From: the human T2T-CHM13v2.0 reference genome, Homo sapiens | Direction: 5' to 3' (one strand) | Assembly: GCF_009914755.1 (NCBI RefSeq) | Contig: NC_060935.1 | DNA: 64,000 nt | Shown: positions 28,250 through 40,718 of the stretch, piece by piece | How the letters are laid out: each line of letters begins with the position of its first letter | Position numbering within the stretch: position 1 is the first letter of the stretch | Position numbers and translations under genes: made by a program | Notes under the pieces: model-generated | What the model was told of the DNA's origin: nothing | Databases searched by the model: none | What the model saw: only the letters and a program-made list of their open reading frames with translations

Positions 28250-28618
28250 ATCCCAGGATCACCTTCAAATTCCTCCATTCTCTCTGGCTCCTTAGACTAC
28301 AGTTACTCGCCAGTGCAGCTGCCTTCATATGCTCCAGAGAATTACAATTCCCCTGCTTCTCTGGACACCAGAACCTGTGGCTACCCCCCAGAAGACCATT
28401 CCTACCAACACTTGTCCTCACACGCCCAGTACAGCTGCTTCTCCTCGGCCACCACCTCCATCTGCTACTGCGCATCGTGTGAGGCAGAGGACTTGGATGC
28501 TCTCCAGGCAGCAGAGTACTTCTACCCGAGCACAGACTGTGTGGACTTTGCCCCCTCAGCAGCCGCCACCAGTGATTTCTATAAGAGGGAAACAAACTGT
28601 GACATCTGCTATAGTTAA
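28250..28618 (+). CDS. POU2AF3: POU2AF3 terminal coding exon (IPGSPSNSS...TNCDICYS*)
   Basis: Acceptor tttctctag|; 369 nt to TAA; same frame as ORF 28313..28618. Confidence 0.95.
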   Translation: MPGSPSNSSILSGSLDYSYSPVQLPSYAPENYNSPASLDTRTCGYPPEDHSYQHLSSHAQYSCFSSATTSICYCASCEAEDLDALQAAEYFYPSTDCVDFAPSAAATSDFYKRETNCDICYS

Positions 28619-28893
28619 TAGAAATTACAGTAATTCAGAACATGGCATGGGTATATCTATTTTTCTACCACGTCTAGATGACACTGCAAAATATGCAACT
28701 TGGTAACACAATATCCCAAGCACAGTTTACATGTCACTATTTCCAATTTTCTGATGCTAAGCATTCATATGAAGTCCTCAGACCCGGTCACAGCGCCACT
28801 CCTACTTTGTATGCTCATAGTTTAAATTTTTGTAGGAAACTTTCAATTGTTTTACTTTTTGTATAACGAACAAATGCTGTCTCCTTTTTTACT

Positions 28894-28899
28894 AATAAA
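28894..28899 (+). terminator. POU2AF3 polyadenylation signal AATAAA
   Basis: Canonical hexamer ~275 nt after the stop, in T-rich context. Confidence 0.75.
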
Positions 28900-29045
28900 T
28901 AATTTTGTATTACTAACTGTTGGATTTTTTTTAATTTCCAGTAGTCATTTTTAATTGATTTGAACATTATCCATTAATTCTGGAAATTGCTAATTACTCT
29001 CAAGTGGTTTAATCTTATGGATTCATGAATTTAAAATTATTTTTA

Positions 29046-29364
<319 letters not shown>

Positions 29365-31069
29365 TCATTTAAAATGCAGTGAGACACCTTGGCTTCCATG
29401 GGATGGAGGGTAGGCACAGCTAGGATGTTGGAAAAGGGAAACCCTGCCTCACCTCCAGATGAGGGGGTACATCTTAGAGCAACATCACGAAAATGCATTT
29501 ATGAACCATTAGTTTCTCTTATCTAACATTAGTCAATGAAGTGTTAGGACGACCAAAAAGCTCATGTTGCCTGCAGCTATGTTAGCCTGTAGATCATTCT
29601 TTTTCCTTTCCAAAGCATTGCTTTGGAAACTTTCTGAGCAAATAGTTGATCTTTTCCTTGAGAGCTGCCATACAGTTAATGCAGCCCAAAGTTTAGAAGT
29701 CATTATTTTCTATTTCTGAATTTTTGGCTTTAGGTTCTTAAATATACATCACTTTTGTTTACACGTTGATTTATAGTATTGACTATGTTGTTTACACTTG
29801 AATTTTAGAGTTTGCTTCCTCTGATTAATCTATTTGAAGAAGCCCAGCTGTCTTTCAAGGTAAAGAGGAGTTATTTAATCTACCTATGTGGGACTAGACT
29901 GTTGAATCTTGTTTGCTGAAGGCATTAAGGCACAGGACTTAATCTCTGAAGTGAAGTCTGAAGAGCCTTTGCCACATCTCAAGTGCCAGTACAATGGCAG
30001 CAATACTGGTACCTTCAGCATTGGCCACAGGTACCATTTTCTGAGCACGTCCTATGTGCCAGAATTATGTAAGAGTATTCTCACTCGTTATCTGATTTAA
30101 TCTTCACAATACTGACAGCAAAATGAGGAGTCTGAGGCTCTGGGAAGTTAGTTCACCTGTCCAGTGTCACCCAGCCTGTAGGCACCCAAGCTTGGGTCAG
30201 AAAGATAGCAAAGCCCTGTTCCTTCCTCTCCAGGGCTGGGAAGTTTGAGCCACCATTCGTGAAAGACCATTCAGGAACCCATGGCATCATTAAATGCCAA
30301 CTTCCTCATATACACAAAGGTGTGTCCCAAAAACAATTCAGTCAGACCTCGCCAAAAGGGCCGGATTGTCCATAGGACACAGAGATGCCAGGCACAAGAG
30401 CTACCAGATTATAGGTCCTATACTCTGGGGACTCAGGAAGAAACTGACTCACCACCACTTCAGTGTGTTTCTTCCTACCAGGAAACAAATATGCTTTGGA
30501 AATGTCACCATCTGACCACCCTCCCTGGGGACTCAACTAAGGCTTGGGCAAATAGAACAAGTTGCAGCCTGCCCCATGGGATAATCGTGCCAGGGAAACA
30601 GAACAATTGCTGCCTTTCTGAGATGCCAGTAAAACTAGATTTTTAATGGCTTGAAACTAGCCTCTTGTCAGCAAGTATCTATTCACACAGACCAAAGACC
30701 CTTCATACTGTTCACCCACCACCTCACCCCCAGCAAGTGTTCCCAAGATATAGAGAGCAGAGAATCCAAAGCTGTCTAGTGGTTGGCACCAATATACCCC
30801 TTTTCTAGATGCCATTCTTTTTTTATTCCCCATGTCAGTCCTGTGGCACCTGAATCAATTCTCTTGCAGCTTAAACAGAGAGCATTTTTCTACCTCCTTA
30901 GGACTTACTCTTTCCTCGCACGCTCCTAGTTTTTCCCTAAATCTAGTGCAGAAAAGGATTCATAGAGGAATGTGAGACAAGGGTGAGCACAGCTCCTGTG
31001 CATCACGATGTGTAACTCCACCTTAAAACCGTCATTAAGAACTTGCTAGAAATTTGGGCCAATGGGTAA

Positions 31070-31670
<601 letters not shown>

Positions 31671-33159
31671 TAAGTTGATTCTGATAGAGATGATCTTCTG
31701 TTTACACTTGAAAAACACTGACATAGTCAATGTCCAGATTGTTTACTTGAAGAACCAGCAGCACAATAATAATAGCTTTACATGGATTAAGCTTTTTCTA
31801 TGGTCCGGTGCTGTGCAGATTATCTCACTTAATCCTCAAAAAAAAATCACACAAAATATGTGTTATTGTCGTCCTCATTTTTATAGATGATGAAGCTGAA
31901 GTTTGGAGAGATATGATAACTTGCTCAATATCACAGCACTGATATACCAGGAAAAGAGTTCTCTAACACAGGTGATCCGATGTTACTGCCTGAATTTCCA
32001 ATGGCCTCAGTATACTTTCCATGCATTATACACGGAAGAATAATCTTCTCTGGAATTTTATCTTTTGCCTTAAATGTCACAGGTATATCTACAACCAGTT
32101 CCTCATACCACAAATGCATTTGATAACATTATAAATGGAAGTTTACATGAAGGAATATATTTTGTTATTCAGAACCATTATGGAAATCAATAATCCACAA
32201 AATGTGAATTTAGTGCTTGCCATATGCAAGACTGATTACATGTTACATGCCTTCAAAATGCAAAGCCAAAGGTTAAAAGGGGATGTGATTTTAAAAATTT
32301 AAAATTATGAGGATTTCAGGCAGGATGGGCATGGACAGATTTTAAAATTCTTAGAAAAGTTTAGTTAGGAGTCAACTCTTGAAGCTCGAGAGAGAGGAGA
32401 CAAAGCTGAAGGTAGTAAACATTTGGAAACTATTATCTCAAGAAATTTCCAGAGCATGACATCTTGGCAGCTGGCCTAAACCAGCAGGTGAACACTTGGG
32501 AGCAAGGTATAGACAGATAAGGATAACTGAAATGATGGAGTCAGGGAGGGGAGGCTACCTATGGATAAAAAATGCTTTTAAAAATCACTCTTTACTCTAG
32601 AAAGATGAAGACTGAAAAGGGTTAGTATCAAAGCTAGTGAAATTGTGAATAATTAGGTGAAAGTAAACATGAACTTACCATTCTTTCCAAATCCTCGCAA
32701 CCTACGTAACTAACCCCATAGCAACTCACTGGTGAGGCTTTTCTGAGAAGCCCCCCTCATGGCTCCCTCCTCCTCCTACAAGTGACAGTATGGAGATGCC
32801 CTGCTAATAGCATTATTTGGTCAATGGGGTATCTCAGAGCCCTGGGGGCTAGATTTCGGGGTGGCCAGAGGGTGGCCATCCAGGGCCAGGTGGCTCTGTG
32901 CTTTAAGGCAGAGTAATTGACCTCATTTTTTATGCTTCTATAGGCCTCTGGGAAAGATGTAGAGGCTGGAAGATGAACAAACCTGAGACAACACAGCTTT
33001 GCAGGTAATAAAGCACCAAACTCAGTGAATACAGGAACCTGTGTCCATTAGGTCATACTTCAGAAAAGTTTCTTTTGCTTAATATGGATAGAGAACATAC
33101 AGTTGTTATTTGAGAAATATGGAAGCATGTGTGTGTGTATGTGTGCGTGTGTGATCTTT

Positions 33160-36100
33160 TTCATTCTTTTTCAGACAAACAAATGCTGAGAGAATTCACC
33201 ACTACCAAGCCAGCACTACAAGAACTGCCAAAAGGAGTTCTAAATCTTGAAACAAATCCTGGAAACACACCAAAACAGAACATCTTTAAAGCATAAATCT
33301 CACAGGACCTATAAAACAAAAATACAATTAAAAAAATCAAGGTATACAGGCAACAAAATCACAATAAATGGAATGGTACTTCACATCTCAATACTAACAT
33401 TGAATGTAAATGGCTTAAATGCTCCACTTAAAAGATACAGAATCACAGAATGGATAAGAATTCACCAACCAACTATCTGCTGCCTTCAAGAGACTCACCT
33501 AACACATAAGAACTCACATAAACTTAAGGAAAAGGGGCGGAAAAAACATTCCATGCAAATGGACACCAAAAGTGAGCAGCAGTAGCTATTCTTAAAACAG
33601 ACAAAACAAATTTTAAAGCAACAGTAGTTAAAAAAAAAGACCAAGAGGGACATTATATAACGAAAACAGATCTTGTCCAACAGGAAAATATCACAATCCT
33701 AAATATATATACACCTAATACTGGAGCTCCCAAATGTATAAAACAATTACTAATAGACCTAAGAAATGAGATAGACAGCAACACAATAATAGTGGCACTT
33801 CAATACTCCACTTACAGCACTAGGCAGGTCATTAAGACAGAAAGTCAACAAGGAAAAAATGGATTTAAACTATACCCTGAAAAAATGGACTTAACAGACA
33901 TTTACAGAACATTCTACCCAACAACTGCATAATATACATTCTATTCAACAGTGAGTAGAACTTTCTCCAAGATAGACCATATGATAGGCCACAAAACAAG
34001 CCTCAATAAATTTTTTTCTTTTTTAATTTTTTTATTATACTTTAAGTTCTAGGGTACATGTGCACAACGTGCAGGTTTGTTACATGTGTATACATGTGCC
34101 ATGTTGGTGTGCTGCACCCATTAACTTGTCATTTACATTAGGTATATCTCCTAATGCTATCCTTCCCCCCTCCCCCCACCCCACAACAGGCCCTGGTGTG
34201 TGATGTTCCCCTTCCTGTGTCCAAGTGTTCTCATTGTTCAATTCCCACCTATAAGTGAGAACATGCGGTGTTTGGTTTTTTGTCCTTGCGATAGTTTGCT
34301 GAGAATAATGGTTTTCAGCTTCATCCATGTCCCTACAAAGGACATGAACTCATCCTTTTTTATGGCTGCATAGTATTCCATGGTGTATATGTGCCACATT
34401 TTCTTAATCCAGTCCATCATTGTTGGACATTTGGGTTGGTTCCAAGTCCTTGCTATTGTGAGTAGTGCCGCAATAAATTTAAGAAAGTTTAAATTATATC
34501 AAGGATTCTCTCAGACCACAGTGGAATAAAACTGGAAAGCAACTTCAAAAAGAACCTTCAAAACCATGCAAATGCATGGAAATTAAACAACCTGATCCTG
34601 AATGATTATTAGGTCAAAAATGAAATCGAGATGGAAATTTAAAAATTCTTTGAACTAAACAACAATAGTGACAAAACCTATCAAAACCTCTGGGATACAG
34701 CAAAGGCAGTGCTAAGAGGAAAGTTCATAACCCTAAACACCTAAATCAAAAAGTCTGAGAGAGCACAAAAAATCTAAGGTCACACCTCAAGGAACTAGAG
34801 AAACAAGAACAAATCAAACCCAAACCCAGCAGAAGAAAGAAGATAACCAAGATCAGAGCAGAACTAAACGAAATTGAAACAAAAAAAAATACAAAAGATA
34901 AATGAAACAAAAAGCTGGTTCTTTGAAAAGACAAAATTAATAGATCATTAGCAAGATTAACCAAGAAAAGAAGAGAGAAAATCCAAATAAGTTCAATTAG
35001 AAACGAAGCAGGAAATATTACAACCGACACCACAGAAATACAAAACATCATTCAAGGCTACTATGAACACCTTCATGCACATAAACTAGAAAACCTAGAG
35101 GAGATGGATAAATTCCTGGAAATATACAACCTTCCTAGCTTAAATCAGGAAGAATAAGATACCTTGAGCAGACCAATAGCAAGCAGCGAGACTGAAACGG
35201 AAATTTAAAAATTACCAACAAAAAAATGTCCAGGACCAGAAGGATACACAGCAGAATTCTACCAGACATTCAAAGAAGAATTGGGAGCAATCCTATTGAC
35301 ACTATTCCACAAGATAGAGAAAGAGGGAACCTTCCCTAAATCATTCTGTGAAACCAGTATTGCCCTAATACCAAAACCAGCAAAGGACATAACCATAAAA
35401 GAAAACTACAGACCAATATCCCTGATGAACACAGATGCTAAAATCTTTAACTAAATACTAGCTAACCGAATCTAACTACGTATTGAAAAGATAATCCACC
35501 ATGATCAAGTGGGTTTCATACCAGGGATGCAGGGATGGTTTCAACATATGCAAGTCAAAAAATGTGATACACCATATAAACAGAATCAAAAACAAAATCA
35601 CACGATTATCTCAATAGATGCAGAAAAAGCATTTGACAAAATCCACCATTGTTTTATGACTAAAACTCTCAGCAAAATCGGCATGCAAGGGATATACCTC
35701 AATGTAATAAAAGCCATCTATGACAAACCCACAGCCAACATAATACTGCATGGGGAAAACTTGAAAGCATTCCCTCTGAGAACTGGAACAAGACAAGGAT
35801 GCCCACTCTCATCACTCCTTTTCAACATAGTGCTGGAAGTCCTGGCCAGAGCAATCAGACAAGAGAAAGAAATAAATGGCATCCAAATCAGTGAAGAGGA
35901 AGTCAAACTGTTGCCGTTTGTTGGTGATATGATTGTTTACTTAGAAAACCCTAAAGACTCCTCCAGAAAGCTCCTAGAACTGATAAAAGAATTCAGCAAA
36001 GTTTCTGAATACAAAATTAATGTATACAAATCAGTAGCTCTTCTATACACCAACAGCGACCAAGCTGAGAAACAAATCAAGAACTCAATACCTTTTACAA

Positions 36101-37229
36101 TAGCTGCAAAAATAAAATAAAATATTTAGGAATATACCTAACCAAGGAGGTGAAAGACCTCTGCAAGGAAAACTACAAAACTCTATGGAAATAAATCATA
36201 GATGACACAAACAAATGGAAACATCTCATGCTCATGGATGGGTAGAATCAATATTGTGAAAATGATCATACTGCAAAAGCAATCTACAAATTCAATGCAA
36301 TTCCCATGAAAATAACATCACCATTCTTCACAGACTTAGAAAAAACAACCCCAAAATTCCTATGGAACCAAAAAAAGAGCCCACATAGCCAAAGTAAGAC
36401 TAAGCAAAAAGAACAAATCTGGAATCATCACATTAACTGATTTCAAACTATACTATGAGGCCATAGTCACCAAAACAGCATGGTACTGGTATAAAAATAG
36501 GCACATAGACCAATGAAACAGAATAGAGAACCCAGAAATAAACCCAAATACTGCCAACTGATCTTCAACGAGGCAAACAAAAACATAAAGTGGAGAAAGG
36601 ACATCCTATTCAACAAATTGTTCTGGGATAATTGGCAAGCCACATGTAGGTGACTAAAACTGGTTCCTCATCTCTCACCTTTTACAAAAGTCAACTCTAG
36701 ATTGATCAAGGACTTAAATCCAAGACCTGAAATGATAAAAATTCCAGAAGATAACATTGGAAAGCCCCTTCTAGACATTGGCTTGAGAATAGACAATTAT
36801 CAAAAGAAGATATACAAATGGCCAACAAACATAAGAAAATATGCTCAACATCACTAATGATCAGGGAAATGCAAATCAAAACCACAATGTGATACCACCT
36901 TACTCCTGCAAGAATGGTCATAATCAAAAAATCAAAAAAAATAGATGTTGGCACGGATGTGGTGAACAAGGAACACTTACATGCTGCTGATGGGAATGTA
37001 AACTAGTATAACCACTATGGAAAACAGTGTGGAGATTCCTTAAAGAACTAAAAGTAGAACTATCATTTTATCCAGCAATCCCACCTCTGGGTATCTACCA
37101 AGAGAAAAAGAACTCATTATACAAAAAAGATACTTGCATACAAAATGTTTACAGCAGCACAAATCTCAATTGCAAAAATGTGGAACCAACCCAAATGCCC
37201 ATCAATCAACAAGTGGATAAAGAAACTGT

Positions 37230-37275
<46 letters not shown>

Positions 37276-37667
37276 ACATCATATATATATATGATGAAAT
37301 AATACTCAGCCATAAAAAGTAATGAACTAATGGCATTCTCAGCGACCTGGATGAGATTGGAGGCTACTATTCTAAGTGAAGTAACTCAGGAATGGAAAAC
37401 CAAACAGAGTATGTTCTCACTCATAAGTGGGAGCTAAGCTATGAGGATGCAAAGTCATAAGAGTAACACAATGGACTTTGAGGACTCGGGGAAAGGATGG
37501 GAAGAGGGTGAGGTATAAAAGACTACAAATTGGGTGCAGTGTATACTGCTCGGGTGATAGGTACGCCAAAATCTCACAAATCACCCCTGAAGAACTTATA
37601 CATGTAACCAAACACCACCTGTTCCCCAATAACCTATGGAAACAAAAAAAAATTTTTTAAAGAAAAT
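33160..37667 (+). mobile_element. L1PB1-like LINE (end of ORF1, decayed ORF2, 3' UTR)
   Basis: Endonuclease (33247 ORF) and RT (35509 ORF) fragments; L1PB-type 3' UTR; internal deletion near 36785; (TA)n at ~37232-37290. Confidence 0.92.
34014..34470 (-). mobile_element. Short L1PA 3' end nested antisense in the L1PB
   Basis: L1PA 3' UTR; TSD caataaattt at 34004-34013 and 34471-34480. Confidence 0.92.
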
Positions 37668-38619
37668 AAAAGTTTATTTTGCTTAATATGGATAGAGAAC
37701 ATACAATTGTTATTTGAGAAATATGAAACAGAGAGAGAGAGTGTGTGTTTGTGTGTGTGTGTGTGTGTGTGTTCCACTAGTTACCACCTGGATAATCAGG
37801 AAGAAAGAGGAGACATCGGCCCCCTAACCTGTCACAATTGGACCTGGAATGCTAAAGCGGACCTGGAATGCTAAAGCTTACCTGGGACAGTCCTAGTGAA
37901 GCCACCACTTTCCCTCCTCCATTGTGTAATTCTTGGTTGATTATCTCAGATTTTGAGAGTATTTCCTCTGTGGGTTACTGAAGTTCTAGGATTATCCTGA
38001 TGAAAGAAAAGGGGTGAATCCTGGAAAGGGATCAATTTGGGGATAGACATCACTTTCCCTAAAGGGGGATGGGGTAAAGAATTTCACTATTGCTGTACAA
38101 AGAAAGGAGTTCTCTGAAAGGAGGACTCATCAGAGGACATGGAACTGAATGAGGAATTGGAGTGCATCCTCAAATGGGCTCCCTGTGATTCTGGTATACC
38201 ATAAGGCTTTCAGTGAAAGTATAGAGAATAAAGTGAAGAAACTGCAAAGGGCAGCATGGCCTGCCCAGTTCCTCCCTCTCTGCTGAGAATCATGTGGAGC
38301 TGGTAGCATCTTATTGCAGGGAGTTGCAATCAAGGGATCATAGGAAGTGATTGTCAGCCAGTGAGGGGTGGGTGGCTCATGGAGAAGGTCAGAGTCATGG
38401 CAAAGGGCATCCGTTGAGAAGATGCAGCTCCAGGACACAGGTAGAGGACAACAACGCTTGGGAGTGAAAGAGGCTAGAGCTTGGGTCACTCAAAGAAGGA
38501 GTAACTTTAGGACAAATTCAAGAAAGTTTTTATACAGCAGGTAATAAACTTAACATCTTACCCCTGCACACTGAACATGTAAATAGTTTCAAGAAGGGTT
38601 TAGATAAATTTAAGTGATA

Positions 38620-39170
38620 ATATTTTAGGGCTGGAAAGGGATCTGGAGATCACCTACTTCAGTAGTTCTCAACCATGGCTGCACATTGCAATCACCTGAG
38701 GAGGTTTTAAAAAACATTGACGTCCAAGTCCCAGACTAATGAATCACAACCTTTGGGGTGGAACTTGGGCATTAGGATTTTTTTTAACTTTTTATTTTAA
38801 AATTGTAGGAAGTTGCAAAAATCATACATACAGTCTCATGTACCCTTCACCTAACTTCCCCCAGTGGTGATTATCATCTTAAATATAAATAAGACGATAT
38901 CAAATTCAGGAAGTTGACATTGGTACAATGCTATTAACTAGACTACAGATTATTCGTCTTTCACCATTTTTTACATGCATGCATTTATGTGTTGTAAGGG
39001 TATGTGTCTCTATGCAATAAAAATTAGTATTTTTCACAAACTCTCCAGAAGATCCTAATTCACAGTAAAGGTTGAGAACTAGGGATCTAGTCCAGCCAAT
39101 CCTCAGTTCACAGGTGAGGAAACTGAGTCCAGAATGGCAAAGTGACCTGCCCAAGCACACAATCATCTTT
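38620..39170. mobile_element. Nested MIR-type > MER5A > antisense L1M 3' fragment
   Basis: MER5A halves (~38660-38785 and ~39021-39082) split by an L1M 3' end, with MIR-like sequence outside. Confidence 0.65.
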
Positions 39171-39953
39171 TGGAGGGAAGGCAGTGGACTTTCTTAGTCC
39201 AGTGTTCTTTGCTATGCATTAAGTTACCTCTGCTCCTTTATGGGTTACAGGTCACTAATGTGCTACTTAAGAAGAGCTGATTTCTTGGGGGCAGGGTCAG
39301 GAGGTAGAAGGGCAGTGTGCCAATTTTTTAGGTTGCCTTAATTAAAAGACAAACACAAAAACACAACTTTTGGTAGTTCTTCTAACGTTATAAGGTTATT
39401 GAATGACATTTCTAAAATAAATTCATAAAAAACATGGGCCCTGGTCAATAGTAAGCACCCTCCTTCCCAACTCCCACAACAATATTAATTAGTATTATTA
39501 GAGAATTCTGGCCTAGAGGGATCACGGGTTGGGCATCCTGTCGAAATTATTTTATTCTTTGGCTTTCTCCCACTGTGGCTCCTTTTATTTGCTCCACGTT
39601 GCAGAGGGACTTCTAGCAGCTGAGGTCAGCCTCCTGATCGTCACTCCACAGAATGAGGAGCCACGGTCAAGCTTGTTAATATGACCTCCTGCCATGCTGG
39701 TCCTGGGAATATTCCTCCCTCTCCACTGGCAGCATGCAGCCAGGCAAGTGCGAGAACTGACTTACTCTCTGTGGGACTTAATGTCTTCATCTGATATGCT
39801 TTCCTGGCCTGAACAAGACACAGAAATGTTTCTTCCTTCTACAACAGCCCTCTGTTGAAAGCAGCACATCCAGGGAAGTATGTCAAAGGACTCAATGGCT
39901 CCAGCCCAAGCTCTTCTCAGCCTAAATACTTCACCTGTCTCTAGAAATCCTTC

Positions 39954-40718
39954 TGTCAGAGGTGTTTGAACCAGAGCAACTCCATCTTGAATAGGAGCTA
40001 GGTAAAATAAGGCTGAGACCTACTGGGCTGCATTCCCAGCCGGTCAGGCATTCTAAGTCACAGGATGAGATAGGAGGTCAGCACAAGATACAGGTCATAA
40101 AGACCTTGCTGATAAAACAGCTTGCAGTAAAGAAGCCAGCCAACTAACATGGTGAAACCCCATGTCTACTAAAAACACACACACAAAAAAAAAATTTGCC
40201 GGACGTGGTGGCAGGCACTTGTGGTCCCATCTACTTGGGAGGCTGAGGCAGGAGAATGCCGTGAACCCGTGAGCCGAGATCCCGCCACTGCACTCCAGCC
40301 TGGGCAAGAGAGCGAAGACTCCATCTCCAAGAAAAAAAAAAAGGAAAGAAACCGGCCAAAATCCACTAAAACCAAGAGAATGACCTCTGGTCATCCTCAC
40401 TGCTACACTCCCACCAGTGCCATGACAGTTTACAAATGCCATGACAACGTCAGGAAGTTACCCTATATGGTCTAAAAAGGGGAGGCATGAATAATCCACC
40501 CCTTGTTTAGCATATCATCAAGAAATAACCATATAAATGGGCAACCAATAGCCCTCGGGGCTGCTCTGTCTATGGAGTAGCCATTCTTTTATTCGAATAC
40601 TTTACTCTCCTAACAAACTTGCTTTCATTTTACTCTACAGACTCACCCTGAATTCTTTCTTGCACTTGCTCTAAGAACCCTCTCTTGGGGTCTGGATCCG
40701 GACCGCTTTCTGCTAACA
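39954..40718 (+). mobile_element. MER41A-type solo LTR (ERV1) interrupted by an Alu
   Basis: TG...CA termini, MER41 5' sequence tgtcagagg.gtttgaaccagagcaactccatcttg, 4-bp TSD cttc at 39950-39953 and 40719-40722. Confidence 0.9.
40144..40344 (+). mobile_element. 5'-truncated Alu inside MER41
   Basis: Starts at ctaacatggtgaaacc; TSD aaagaa(g/a)cc(a/g)gccaa at 40129 and 40345. Confidence 0.9.
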
